Of a stretch of DNA of 64,000 nt, positions 10,049 through 20,285 are shown piece by piece (position 1 is the first letter of the stretch; every line of letters begins with the position of its first letter). The notes beneath the pieces were generated by a model. That model was not told the origin of the DNA, searched no databases, and saw nothing but the letters and a program-made list of their open reading frames with translations. The position numbers and the translations under genes are program-made. Origin of the DNA: Candidatus Bathyarchaeota archaeon (GTDB lineage: Archaea; Thermoproteota; Bathyarchaeia; Bathyarchaeales; Bathycorpusculaceae); assembly GCA_963720565.1 (NCBI GenBank), contig CAVRFW010000004.1, positions 1-64,000 of the forward strand. Direction: 5' to 3'.

Positions 10049-10576
10049 ATTATTAGCCCAAAATACTCTGCAGCGGGAGTAACAGTTTCAATCAAAATAT
10101 ACAAACTCCAAGCAGAAAAAGTAGAAGGTCCTTCTCCAACGGAAGGACTGTTTTTCGATGTAAACGCGAAGCTTGAAGAACAGCAAAAAAGCGGCGATGC
10201 GGTCAAGTTAAGCTTCAATCTAGACATCAACACCAAACCAAACGCGGTTAAGTATACAGCTTCTGGCATCGTCACTCTTGAAGGCGCACAGGTTGACATA
10301 AAGAAGAAACTTGAGGTTAATCCAAAAACTCAGATTCCCCAGATTCTCTTCACCGTATACCAGCACGTGTTCAACTCAATCTTCATTCTTAGTTCAATTC
10401 TAGGAACTCCATATCCACCCCCAGACCTGCTCCATCCAATGGCAGAAAAAATTCGAATAATTTCTGAGAATTCGGACGCAAAAAATAAACAAAGTGGCAT
10501 TTCATCCGTTCAATCACAAACCGAACAACCCACGGTCAGCAGCAACACATCAGCAACCATTTCGACTGCAAAATGA
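10049..10576 (+). CDS. Hypothetical protein, possible arcadin-1/SecB-like fold; probable ATT start
   Basis: Frame is open from 10022 to 10576 with no ATG/GTG/TTG before 10367; GGGGT at 10040-44 precedes ATT ATT; translation VSIKIYKLQAEK...FDVNAKLEE...LSFNLDINTKP...YQHVFNSIFILSSILGTPYPPPDLL. The family call is from recall of the pattern only. Confidence 0.55.
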   Translation: MISPKYSAAGVTVSIKIYKLQAEKVEGPSPTEGLFFDVNAKLEEQQKSGDAVKLSFNLDINTKPNAVKYTASGIVTLEGAQVDIKKKLEVNPKTQIPQILFTVYQHVFNSIFILSSILGTPYPPPDLLHPMAEKIRIISENSDAKNKQSGISSVQSQTEQPTVSSNTSATISTAK

Positions 10577-10748
10577 GAATTTCAAGCCATAGCTGGAGTA
10601 TAAACCAGTTTCCAATAACACTAAGCTCAGTAATCACTAGAGCTTTAAGAGGTCAATCAAAGAAAACACCTGAATGTCTCCTGCGTATTGAGTGTTCATA
10701 TGTCTTAAATAATGAAACCAGCTTAACGGCAAACAGGGACGGTTCAGG

Positions 10749-11432
10749 TTGACAGAGAAGTTGAACCTAACAAGTGACAGCGATTTCGATCATCTAATAA
10801 AGAGAAAGACCGACGAACTTGAGCCCTCGGTGCGTCACATGGAGGAACTTAGAGTCATATTCTTAAGCGAAGTCATAGAATTCTCCAAGAAATGGTATGA
10901 GGAGACCGCACGGCTCTACGTTGCATCCCATTCGGAAATCACTCTATGCATGAGCAAAGAAAGACTTGCCTCTATGAAATCCAGCGTCAAAAATCTAATC
11001 AGTAACGCGGAAAAACTAGTCACATCTGTAATGTCGGACCCTCAAGTCTGGTGGCATATGGCTCCAGTCAAGAACAGTCAATTCAGCATGTATGAGCAGT
11101 TTGATGATAGATGTCCTGCAATAGTTGACAGAGCAGTAAGACGCGCTTTGGGTGAACTAGGCGGAATACTGGAGCAATTCGGATATGGAGTCACCCTCGG
11201 CGGCCCCAACAAATGGTCTTATCCAGAGTTTTGGTTTGAAAAAACTGAAAACACGGGCACTCCTGCCCAACCATTCTTTCCCCACCTACTCGTGTGGTCT
11301 GAACAAATGCAGGAAACAATCAGGCTATACAGTGAAGCATACAGAAAAGCCTTGGCACTCGTAAACGAGATCGAAAAGTTGAAGGAAGAAAACAAAAAAC
11401 GACAAGCCAGTATTCTCTGGGACACATCATGA
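10749..11432 (+). CDS. Hypothetical protein
   Basis: 227-aa ORF with a TATA-like TTAAATAA upstream. Confidence 0.6.
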   Translation: MTEKLNLTSDSDFDHLIKRKTDELEPSVRHMEELRVIFLSEVIEFSKKWYEETARLYVASHSEITLCMSKERLASMKSSVKNLISNAEKLVTSVMSDPQVWWHMAPVKNSQFSMYEQFDDRCPAIVDRAVRRALGELGGILEQFGYGVTLGGPNKWSYPEFWFEKTENTGTPAQPFFPHLLVWSEQMQETIRLYSEAYRKALALVNEIEKLKEENKKRQASILWDTS

Positions 11433-11490
11433 ATATCGCGGGCGACGATGAATTCGAAATCCAGACTGAAGACATTAGATAAAGCGATTC

Positions 11491-13107
11491 TTACCTGTTC
11501 CTGAGTTTTAAAAAGTAAACAGCTGCAAACACTCCAATTGCAGCAGCTACACCAGACATAATAAAAAGCGAGTATACCACGTAAAAAGGTGGCTCTACGA
11601 CAACAAGCTCTACGTATTCACTATAGCATTCATAAGCAGTGTTGGTCTCAAGTATTTTTGCACGGACTTGCCATATTCCAGCAAGTTTTAGCCCATTACT
11701 TACTGAGAATGTTCCATTCGCAAAAGTGAAGGCGGTAACTTGTTCAGTAACGTTTCCTCTGCTGAATTCCAGCTTGACAGGCAGACCTGCTTTCCCCGGA
11801 GTCACAAATCCGAGAATCGTTATGTTTTCGCCTAAAGTAGCTTTTTCACTGATGGCAGAGATGTTCAATGATAGCACCTGTTTCACATTGAAGTTACCAC
11901 TTACGGAGAAGTAGTTCTTCAGAACATCACTCGCTGAAATCTTGTATTGAACAATAATGCCAGCTTCTTGGCCTGGTATTGTAGCACTGCATGTCTTATT
12001 GTTTATTGCCATATCAACTGAAGTTGAACTTCTCCAGTCATCAACAGAGTACGTTAGACTTGCCCTGTCCAGTTCTGTCATGTTTGCAGTAAAGGCAAGA
12101 TCCACAGGATTGAAAGGGATAACCCTCTTGGGAACATTCTGCGGTGTTAAAACTGCTTCTCCGAAACTAGTTTTAATTAAATAATCTATGTTACCGGAGC
12201 CAACCTCGCCTATGAAAACCAAGTGATATAGATGTCTGCCTGGGGAAAGCGCAGTGTAATTGAGGAACATGTGTTGTCCACGGTATTCGCAACTCGCCAC
12301 AGCTACTCCGCGGTAGCCAACATTATCGAAATTGTAGCCACCGACAATACTGCTTCTATTCCCATAGAGACCCATTTCCCAAGGCAAGGGAAAACCGTTT
12401 ATGGAAGGGGAGTTTTCATTGTTCATTAGGTACAATCTTGCTTCGTACATATCCAATTCTGGTGGCACGTTAATCCACAATTCTAAGTAGGGATCATCAG
12501 CAACAAATTCGTAAGCCCAGCAGGTGTTGAATCCTGCAAAATTGCTGTCGATCTTTCCTTCGGAAAAATGCGAAAGCCAAGTGTCACATTCGACATTCTC
12601 AATCACCATGAAAGTAGCTTGCTCAGCACCTTTGCTTTCCTTAGGGTCGTTCATAATAACAAACGTGTAGTTGCCCGATTGTATTGGAACAAACAGAGCA
12701 TCATTAACGGTTGTTCCCAAGTGCTCCGGAAGACCAGCGGCTTCCGTATGTTCGCTCTCCAGTTTTCCTTGGGGATCAAGAACGTAAATGTCGTAATCCG
12801 TTTTCGCACTAGAGATGCTGCTAACCCAGCTCCCATAGCAGTAAACATGATAACTCTTGCCCGAAACCAGAGAGCAAACTATGCTCCAGTTTTTCCCTAT
12901 CTCAATCTGCGATGAATTGAGAAAAACTGGGAAGAAAGGTTTCTCAACATATGTCCAGTTGCCATCAACTCCGATGAAGTTGTGCACATACAACTCTGAT
13001 TCTGACGCTTGAACTCCTCGAAGGTTAGTGTCCACAGCTACAATTGTTGAACTAAGAAGAAACAAGAGCAACAGTTTCATAGATGATTTTGAGTGCAAAC
13101 TACACAC
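11491..13107 (-). CDS. Secreted, C-terminally membrane-anchored surface protein (beta-rich/Ig-like)
   Basis: N-terminal signal peptide, many N-x-S/T sequons, C-terminal TM helix and basic tail. Confidence 0.7.
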   Translation of the reverse strand: MCSLHSKSSMKLLLLFLLSSTIVAVDTNLRGVQASESELYVHNFIGVDGNWTYVEKPFFPVFLNSSQIEIGKNWSIVCSLVSGKSYHVYCYGSWVSSISSAKTDYDIYVLDPQGKLESEHTEAAGLPEHLGTTVNDALFVPIQSGNYTFVIMNDPKESKGAEQATFMVIENVECDTWLSHFSEGKIDSNFAGFNTCWAYEFVADDPYLELWINVPPELDMYEARLYLMNNENSPSINGFPLPWEMGLYGNRSSIVGGYNFDNVGYRGVAVASCEYRGQHMFLNYTALSPGRHLYHLVFIGEVGSGNIDYLIKTSFGEAVLTPQNVPKRVIPFNPVDLAFTANMTELDRASLTYSVDDWRSSTSVDMAINNKTCSATIPGQEAGIIVQYKISASDVLKNYFSVSGNFNVKQVLSLNISAISEKATLGENITILGFVTPGKAGLPVKLEFSRGNVTEQVTAFTFANGTFSVSNGLKLAGIWQVRAKILETNTAYECYSEYVELVVVEPPFYVVYSLFIMSGVAAAIGVFAAVYFLKLRNR

Positions 13108-13341
13108 ATCGTCTTATTGATGAATCTGCTTCATGCTAGTTTCAAGCTTAGAATATCTTTTATGAAAGCTGAATCTTGATTGCCTAGTAAATGTCTCAGT
13201 CCGCGGAACACTTTACCGTGTAAGAAGCCCTTACTTACAGAAGAGTCTGAAGAAAAAGAGTCTGAAGCTGTCAATCAACGAAGGTAGCCTGGGAAACACG
13301 GTTTGTGTCGCTATTAAACAGGGCAAGAGTTGATGATTCCA

Positions 13342-13671
13342 CTAAAAAACATTAAGGAGTTTTAAAATCACAATAGTGACTCCGATTAAGGAAGTAAAGA
13401 TCAAAGGCAATTTTCCCTTGACAGACGCGAAGGTATTGGGTGCCTCAACATCTTGAATCTCGTACTCTTTCACTTGTCTCGTACTGTAATCTATCTGAAC
13501 CTTGCTGGTTTTCTTGTCGAGCGACATTTCAACGACGTAAGTTCCCTCAGACAAAGTGACTCTTAATGCGCGTAAACCCTTCTTGTAGCCTAGTCTTTTC
13601 AAGAACTCGACCGTCAAGTATGTGGCTGTTTCAGCGTTAAAGCGTGAAGTCTCTTCGGCTGCAGATGACAT
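13342..13671 (-). CDS. Small membrane-anchored protein, PepSY-like N-domain
   Basis: Helix-strand pattern (ATYLTVEFLK...YVVEM...VQID) with a C-terminal TM; paralogous to the C-part of the 4435 gene. Confidence 0.6.
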   Translation of the reverse strand: MSSAAEETSRFNAETATYLTVEFLKRLGYKKGLRALRVTLSEGTYVVEMSLDKKTSKVQIDYSTRQVKEYEIQDVEAPNTFASVKGKLPLIFTSLIGVTIVILKLLNVF

Positions 13672-13824
13672 AATCTCTCATGCAGCCATTTGTCTCGGCA
13701 ACTATTAGAGATTATGAACTCGAAAACAATATTAGTAGTAGCTACTGCTGAAAAATGACTCATTCCCAATCTTTCACGAGATAATCCAATGCTGCAGCGA
13801 TTAAATAAGCTTGGCAAAAATCTT

Positions 13825-14043
13825 CTATGTATCCGGGATTCCTAAGATTTGCGTTTGCGTCTCATTTAGTAGTCTATCAGTCTGGTTCAGAAGTAAATCT
13901 TGGAGATCGCGAATTCTATCCAACTGAGGCGTATTATCCATCTTCAAGGTTTCTTCAAAGACTGCTACTGTGTAGTCAATAACAACGCTTGCAAGAATCA
14001 CTGCGGAAACGACTATAAGAAGAGTCGCCACGGATGCCTCCAT
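13825..14043 (-). CDS. Small protein with pilin-like N-terminal hydrophobic helix
   Basis: MEASVATLLIVVSAVILASVV; GGAG SD upstream; divergent from the pilin genes. Confidence 0.6.
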   Translation of the reverse strand: MEASVATLLIVVSAVILASVVIDYTVAVFEETLKMDNTPQLDRIRDLQDLLLNQTDRLLNETQTQILGIPDT

Positions 14044-14346
14044 TCTATTCTCCTCCAGTAATAAGTTGATTCTGGTGTGCTCTTATGCAATATTTCAAAT
14101 TGGAATTATGCCGGAATTCAGAATGACAAAAACTAGAAACCTCTTGTGGCGGATTTCTATTTTTTAATCGAATGGTTGTTCTCGCGCTGATAAAATTGAA
14201 ACATTCCATTTCTGAATAGTTTTGAATACATATGGCTGGACTGTACTTGTGTTTGTAACGGCTAAACTGGAAAATAAGTATTGAATCATACGACACAATA
14301 TATTTATGACAATCAACGTCTTTACTACCAAGGTGAAAACTAAAAA

Positions 14347-14943
14347 ATGACTAAGAAATCTTCGAATCGCCGCGCCCTTAGCACAGTTGTAACTACCCTC
14401 ATAATTCTGGTTGTATCAGTGCTACTGGCCACTGTTGTCGTCTATTACGCAACCAATGTGGTCGGCACAAGGGTCCAAGAAGAGAGTCTACACCTAACAA
14501 AGCAGCACATATGGCAAAATGCAACCGCAGTAATCGGCAGTACAAGTTACTCTCAAGCAACGCTTATGGTCTTAAACACTGGTGGCAGAGACGTTGTTAT
14601 TGACAAACTGGCTGTTAGAGGACAGGAATGCCCGTGGGATAATACTGCAGGTAATAAATTCGTACTCTACGCCACAGCAAGTGGACCCATAACCCAAGAC
14701 ATGCCCTACATAGACAACTTCACTGCAGGCACAAATCAAGTAACAATCGACGGCACAACCTATGACTTCAAAGTAGCACCTAACGACTTGGTTCTAAAAT
14801 CAGGATATACACTGCTACTGTACATAATCAACCCCGACAGTGTTGCGGTGAATGATGTAGGATTAACGGTTGGAATCGCGTTACATTCAGCCCAAGCAGT
14901 TTACTACAAAGAAACCAACGTTGAAGCAGTATCTATGCAATAA
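14347..14943 (+). CDS. Archaeal type IV pilin (class III signal peptide)
   Basis: NRRA|LSTVVTTLIILVVSVLLA, LNTGGRD motif; T-rich terminator downstream. Confidence 0.85.
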   Translation: MTKKSSNRRALSTVVTTLIILVVSVLLATVVVYYATNVVGTRVQEESLHLTKQHIWQNATAVIGSTSYSQATLMVLNTGGRDVVIDKLAVRGQECPWDNTAGNKFVLYATASGPITQDMPYIDNFTAGTNQVTIDGTTYDFKVAPNDLVLKSGYTLLLYIINPDSVAVNDVGLTVGIALHSAQAVYYKETNVEAVSMQ

Positions 14944-14990
14944 CCCCTTTCTCCCTTTTTAGATACCTTTTTTATTTTTCTCTCATTTTA
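14944..14990 (+). terminator. Oligo-T archaeal terminator after pilin 1
   Basis: Pyrimidine/T runs immediately after the TAA. Confidence 0.5.
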
Positions 14991-15067
14991 CAGTTATGCG
15001 TAGCTCTGTTCTACGCACAAAATCACATATCCGGTTTTAGCATTGTCTCTGTTTAAGGAGACAAAAA

Positions 15068-15634
15068 ATGAAAAACATACTGAGAAATCGTTTGGCTCTA
15101 AGCACAGTCGTTACAACGCTGATAATTCTAGTGGTTTCAGTGCTTCTAGCAGGAGTGGTAACCTACTTCGCGATCAACGTCACAAGTACCAGAGTTCAAG
15201 AAGAGTCTTTGATACTGACAAAGCAACACGTCTGGGTAAATATGGACAGTACAGCGGTTGCAGCTATTATGGTAACTAACACTGGCGGAAGAGATGTCGT
15301 TATTAGCAAACTTGCGGTTCGAGGACAAGACGTTGACATGGCCGCTGACGCTTTCTATGTCACCGCGGCACCAGGCGACGACATTAGTCTTGACCTGAAC
15401 TACACGGCAAATACTGTAATATCCAGCGCCGACATTTTTGGAGGACTTAGCGGTGCACCCGCAGCTCCAAACGCTGGCAGCAACCTTGTGCTTCCATCTG
15501 GCGAAACAGTAGTCATATACATCAACAACCCTGACAGCATCACCGTTAACGACGTAGGCTTAACTGTCGCGATGACCGTGTTTTCTTCGCAGGCCATGTA
15601 CTACAAAGAGACAAACGTCCAAGCAGCCATATAG
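15068..15634 (+). CDS. Archaeal type IV pilin (class III signal peptide), paralog of 14347
   Basis: RNRLA|LSTVVTTLIILVVSVLLA; AAGGAG SD; N- and C-termini conserved with pilin 1. Confidence 0.85.
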   Translation: MKNILRNRLALSTVVTTLIILVVSVLLAGVVTYFAINVTSTRVQEESLILTKQHVWVNMDSTAVAAIMVTNTGGRDVVISKLAVRGQDVDMAADAFYVTAAPGDDISLDLNYTANTVISSADIFGGLSGAPAAPNAGSNLVLPSGETVVIYINNPDSITVNDVGLTVAMTVFSSQAMYYKETNVQAAI

Positions 15635-15761
15635 ATGTAGAAGCATCAATGTGGACAAAAAAAAACCCTATCCCTGTCCACAACTCCCTATTTTCTTTCT
15701 GAGAGTCAAAAACCAGTCTATTTGAGAATCTCGACCGCTCGCGCACAAGAAGAGAATTATT

Positions 15762-16730
15762 TTGACAAAACCTCAAGAGATTGTGGATTCTAAAGTTTAC
15801 GAGAATAGTGCATACTTCACGGATACACACAAACGGTTTAATTCATTTTTCCAGAAGTTCTTGGATAGCCATTGCATGGTGAACCAAGAATTGAAAACAA
15901 AACTAGCACAATCCACTCTCAAGAAAACTGTAAACTCCAAGAAGGCACTTGCTGTTCCAGTCACATTTCTTATTCTCTTTGTCACCATGCTTGGAATAAT
16001 ATCAATCACTTACTATTTCGCAGTCGAAAAAGTGAATGCCCGGAGTCAAACTCTAAAAATTTCTACTGCACGCCAGAGTTTTCTATCTCTTGACCAGTCT
16101 CTGCTTTCAATCCTCTGGCAGGCCGGGTCAGCTCGAGTTTTCGAAGTCTCAGATTCAGGCGGGAGAATTAGAATCCAGCCTCAAACCAATTCTCTGATGC
16201 TTTCTATAGCCGATGACAGAGACATAAACTCTTCAATTTATAATCAGGCAATAGGGGAGATTCACTATGAACTTCCATACTCTGATTCCCCTGATACTGG
16301 ATTATATCTCAGAGGAGACAGCCGCTCAATCGTCAATCAGAGTGGGTCAATTATAACGCAACTCTCCATAGAACGTGGCGTTAAAAATGCAGAGATTGTT
16401 TTGAGATATCGACCGTTAGTCTCTTACGCCACTGTTGGCGTTGAGAACGATAAAGCCGTAAATGTCATCCGAATATATGTCGTCAATTTAAACTCATCCG
16501 AAGAAATAATGTCTTATGGGAATACCCTAATCAGGATTTCCGCTGAATCCACCGTAATTTCTGAGACTCTCTTCGAAGTATCATATTCACTTGAAAAGTT
16601 ACGCATAACCTCAGCCTGCGGAGGCATCTCAGGTCAGGTACTGATTCCGATTCATAATTCAACTAGCGGAGCAATCATAGAGGTTGAAGTCGTTGAATGC
16701 AATATAAGATTGGAGAGGTGTTCAAGGTAG
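15762..16730 (+). CDS. Minor pilin-like protein (true start probably downstream)
   Basis: SKKA|LAVPVTFLILFVTMLGII class III-like signal inside the ORF; first gene of a tightly packed operon. Confidence 0.65.
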   Translation: MTKPQEIVDSKVYENSAYFTDTHKRFNSFFQKFLDSHCMVNQELKTKLAQSTLKKTVNSKKALAVPVTFLILFVTMLGIISITYYFAVEKVNARSQTLKISTARQSFLSLDQSLLSILWQAGSARVFEVSDSGGRIRIQPQTNSLMLSIADDRDINSSIYNQAIGEIHYELPYSDSPDTGLYLRGDSRSIVNQSGSIITQLSIERGVKNAEIVLRYRPLVSYATVGVENDKAVNVIRIYVVNLNSSEEIMSYGNTLIRISAESTVISETLFEVSYSLEKLRITSACGGISGQVLIPIHNSTSGAIIEVEVVECNIRLERCSR

Positions 16731-17177
16731 ATGCCGTCAATAATCCCAAGTTATATCTATACAATCTTTGCCTCTCTGATCATTAGTACCCTTATAATTG
16801 GTATGTGTGGGATAGTAACAAGTAACATCAAACTGGAAGCAGAAAAACAACAACTATCAAACATCGTTGACTATGTCGTAGAGAAAAGCGTAGAAGTAGC
16901 TTCCAACGCTCTCGTCTACAATATTTCCACAACGATCAGTTTGGGTATTCCAAGCTTGATTGGTAACAAAGCATACTGGATAAGATTCATCAATGACGAT
17001 GAAAGGGCGTTTGTCGAGGCTGGTTTTGGCGCAACCATCCTTCAGAGCAAACTTGCGACCGAAATTCCCATGGAAGTATATGCTTCTGGCGCGCACATTA
17101 GCAATTCGAACCTGGCTTTTCTAAGCTGCCACATTACCCATCAAAGCATTCAGCTTGAACTCAAAGGAGGCAATTAG
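16731..17177 (+). CDS. Minor pilin-like membrane protein
   Basis: N-terminal TM helix; abuts both neighbours. Confidence 0.6.
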   Translation: MPSIIPSYIYTIFASLIISTLIIGMCGIVTSNIKLEAEKQQLSNIVDYVVEKSVEVASNALVYNISTTISLGIPSLIGNKAYWIRFINDDERAFVEAGFGATILQSKLATEIPMEVYASGAHISNSNLAFLSCHITHQSIQLELKGGN

Positions 17178-18746
17178 TTGAAATTTGGAAAGAAGAAGAA
17201 CATGGAGACCGCTGAAAATCAAAAAATCAGCCCGGACCAAGTAATAAGTCACTTGGGTCTGCAAAGTTGCAGTATTCCAGAAGGATATGTTCAAGTCGAG
17301 AGTTATCCACTAAAACCGCCTTTCTCATACGCCTGGATATCTCAAGATGAGTCTGAGGGCAACTATCTCTACGCTGTCGACGAACTTATCATGACAAATG
17401 AAGAAAGAGAATTGTACAGCCGACTAACAAACATCTTTGAGTATGAACTGAAAAGTCCTTGGGCGGAGGAAACCCTCAAGGAGTCTTTTCAAAGGCAGTT
17501 GCCTTCAATACTAGCCGAACATCAGAGTGCACTGGAAGGTATAAACCAAGTAGGGTTCCGCAAGGTACTGTACTATCTCGAAAGAGACCTAATTGGATAT
17601 GGAAGAATTGACGCCTTATTCTGCGATCCTCTAATAGAAGATATAAGCGTTCTAGGAACAGGCAAACCGGTTTTTCTTTATCACAGAAAATATGAAAACG
17701 TGCGCACTAACATAATCTTCAGCGATGAAGAGGAACTTGATGATTTCATTACGCGCATAGTGCACAGACAAGGAAAACACGTGAGCATCGCTCACCCTAT
17801 CGTTGATTTAACGCTTCCCGGAAAACACAGACTCGCTGTGTCATTTGGGAAAGAAACAACTCCCGCCGGGACAAGTTTCACAATAAGAAAATTCCGTGAA
17901 GACCCAATAACCATTGTCGATTTGATAATAAATGAAACCATTGACGAATCAATTGCAGCCTATCTCTGGATGTTAATGGAAAACAAAATGTCAGTAATGA
18001 TTGTAGGCCCAACTGGTGCTGGAAAAACGACAGCACTGAATGCAATTGCTTGTCTTGTTAGGCCAGACTACAAAATGATTTCAATTGAAGAGGTCTCCGA
18101 AATCAATCTGCCGCAAGAGAATTGGATTTCGACAATTGCTCGACCAGGCTTTGGAGGTGACAGTGAGGGAGAAGTGTCGCTCTATGACCTCATAAAGTCA
18201 GCTGTGCGGCATCGCCCAGCTATAATTCTTGTTGGAGAGGTTAGAGGCGAAGAAGCTTACGTTCTTTTTCAAGCGTTGGCAACAGGTCATGGAGGCATGT
18301 GCACCCTGCATGCCGAAGATGCTGAAACCGTGATAAAGCGTCTCACGCAACCACCGATGAATATTCCCAAAGGTATCTTGCCTTTAATGAACTGCATTAT
18401 CGTAGTGAAACAAGTTAAAAATTCTAGCTTTATGCCAACTTACCGGAAAACCTCGCCGCGCAAATTCGTGAAAATATCTGAATTAGACGCAAGCGGATCA
18501 ATCCACGACATAATCTCATGGAATCCTTCCACAGACAGTTTTAAAGTCGAATTTGGCCGGAGCTATCTCCTGAACAAAATTTCAACAGGTCTCGATGTTC
18601 CATTAACCGTTGTCACACAGGAGATGGAACGGAGGAAACAGATATTGCTTAAAATGGTTGAAAAGAATTTGCGTGACTTCAGGAGCGTTCACAAAGCTCT
18701 CAACACCCAACTGACCATAGACACAATTGAAAACGGGAGTTCCTAG
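17178..18746 (+). CDS. Type IV pilus/T2SS assembly ATPase (PilB/TadA/ArlI family)
   Basis: Walker A GPTGAGKTT, Asp box SIEEVSEI, Walker B LVGEVRG, His box TGHGGMCTLHA. Confidence 0.92.
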   Translation: MKFGKKKNMETAENQKISPDQVISHLGLQSCSIPEGYVQVESYPLKPPFSYAWISQDESEGNYLYAVDELIMTNEERELYSRLTNIFEYELKSPWAEETLKESFQRQLPSILAEHQSALEGINQVGFRKVLYYLERDLIGYGRIDALFCDPLIEDISVLGTGKPVFLYHRKYENVRTNIIFSDEEELDDFITRIVHRQGKHVSIAHPIVDLTLPGKHRLAVSFGKETTPAGTSFTIRKFREDPITIVDLIINETIDESIAAYLWMLMENKMSVMIVGPTGAGKTTALNAIACLVRPDYKMISIEEVSEINLPQENWISTIARPGFGGDSEGEVSLYDLIKSAVRHRPAIILVGEVRGEEAYVLFQALATGHGGMCTLHAEDAETVIKRLTQPPMNIPKGILPLMNCIIVVKQVKNSSFMPTYRKTSPRKFVKISELDASGSIHDIISWNPSTDSFKVEFGRSYLLNKISTGLDVPLTVVTQEMERRKQILLKMVEKNLRDFRSVHKALNTQLTIDTIENGSS

Positions 18747-18761
18747 TGAGGGCAATGACTA

Positions 18762-20267
18762 ATGCAAGGATCCAAAAGCCCCCTGGGCAAGGTTATAGGT
18801 TCGCTAAGAAAAGCTACAAGCGAAGAAAAAGAAAAAATCGACCAAGAATTGCCCTTTGCCGTAATGGTGTTCACGCTAATGGCTACAAGCGGAGTATCAC
18901 CTTATGACAGCTGGAAAAAGCTTCGGAACCTTGCTTTTCTACCATACTTCAGAAAAGAAGCGGAAGAAGTTGTTCGACAGGTTGAGGTCTTGGGAAAGGA
19001 TCCCCTAACAGTTCTGCACCAAAGAAGCGAGAAGACCCAGTCGAAACTTTACAGGAACTTTCTAGGAGGTTTTATATCATCTGTGAGAAGCGGCAGCAAA
19101 ACAGCTGACTACTTGAAGAGTGAACTCAAAACAATCTTTGAAATTAGACACAATACACTAACACGTTCAGTTGAAAAGATAGCCACGTTGGTTGAGGCTT
19201 ATACTGTAATGCTAATCGTTGTTCTATGTACTTACATTCTCTTCGTGGTCTTCTCAGCCACAAACATGATGGACATGCTATCTCAAAGTTCAATATCGGT
19301 CTCGCCCATAATCTCGTATGTTGTGGCTTTCATATTCATGCCTGTTCTTTCCCTAGTCTTTACTCTGATAGCACACAACATGCAACGAAGCGCGTTCGAA
19401 AACTTAAAAGACTTGTACAAAAAGGCAGCTATGATCATCACGCCAATTGGAATAGTCATCATGGCAATTGCCTTCACACCCTCCACCATTGAAGCTCTGA
19501 AACCGCTTGGTTTGCCTGAAATCGCAACCATAGGACTTGCTCTTGCATCTCTTGGACCAGCTCTTAACTACCGCAAAATCTCCAAAATCAACTACAACGC
19601 CGAGGATTCAATTCCCCACTTCGTGAGAGACGTAACCGAATCGCGCAAGATTGGACTTTCTCCAGAAAAGAGCATAATACAAGCAACCAAGCGCAAAACA
19701 TACGGGTCCTTTTCCAAATTCCTCAACTTGATGCGAAGTCAAATAGAATGGGGTATTCCGCTGCGAAAGACTTTCAGCAATATGCAAAGAGAGATTAGAA
19801 GTTGGTTTGTTAAACTAAACATTGCGATGATGGTTGAAACAATTGAAATAGGAGGGAACTCGACCCAATCGCTTGAGATTCTATCGGAATACAGCGAAAA
19901 AGAACGAGAAGTTCAGATTAACCGCCGTTCTCTGCTAAAACCGTACATTCTCCTTGCTCTGATATGGAGCAGTTTAGTCGCTGTAACAACAACCATTGTT
20001 TCGTTGACTACAGGAATGATGACCTCGGTTGTAAGTTCAAGTCTTTCATCAGTTACCACGGTAGCTATGCAAAATCAACTGAACCTCTTCTCTGTTGGCA
20101 TAATTTTTCAATGCTGGATATCAGGCTTCTTCCTTGGAAAAATAAGCGAGGGAAACATTGGAGCAGGTTTTCAGTACTCAACACTACTAACTACAACAGC
20201 CTATGTTTCGCTGGTATTGTCCCAGTTGTTGCTTTCAGCACTCTTCGGCATACCAACTACTTCTTGA
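18762..20267 (+). CDS. Type IV pilus membrane platform protein (T2SS F/TadC/ArlJ family)
   Basis: Two T2SSF-like cytoplasmic domains separated by TM helices; C-terminal GKISEG; follows the ATPase. Confidence 0.88.
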   Translation: MQGSKSPLGKVIGSLRKATSEEKEKIDQELPFAVMVFTLMATSGVSPYDSWKKLRNLAFLPYFRKEAEEVVRQVEVLGKDPLTVLHQRSEKTQSKLYRNFLGGFISSVRSGSKTADYLKSELKTIFEIRHNTLTRSVEKIATLVEAYTVMLIVVLCTYILFVVFSATNMMDMLSQSSISVSPIISYVVAFIFMPVLSLVFTLIAHNMQRSAFENLKDLYKKAAMIITPIGIVIMAIAFTPSTIEALKPLGLPEIATIGLALASLGPALNYRKISKINYNAEDSIPHFVRDVTESRKIGLSPEKSIIQATKRKTYGSFSKFLNLMRSQIEWGIPLRKTFSNMQREIRSWFVKLNIAMMVETIEIGGNSTQSLEILSEYSEKEREVQINRRSLLKPYILLALIWSSLVAVTTTIVSLTTGMMTSVVSSSLSSVTTVAMQNQLNLFSVGIIFQCWISGFFLGKISEGNIGAGFQYSTLLTTTAYVSLVLSQLLLSALFGIPTTS

Positions 20268-20285
20268 AGGAATGAGGCACAATAT

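Noticed and set aside
13241..13267. AAGAGTCTGAAG duplicated
   Set aside because: Only two 12-bp copies, with no other context; likely local slippage.
14347..20267. Archaellum (arl/fla) operon
   Set aside because: No ArlH or chemotaxis genes in the locus, and the minor-pilin set fits a type IV pilus better.
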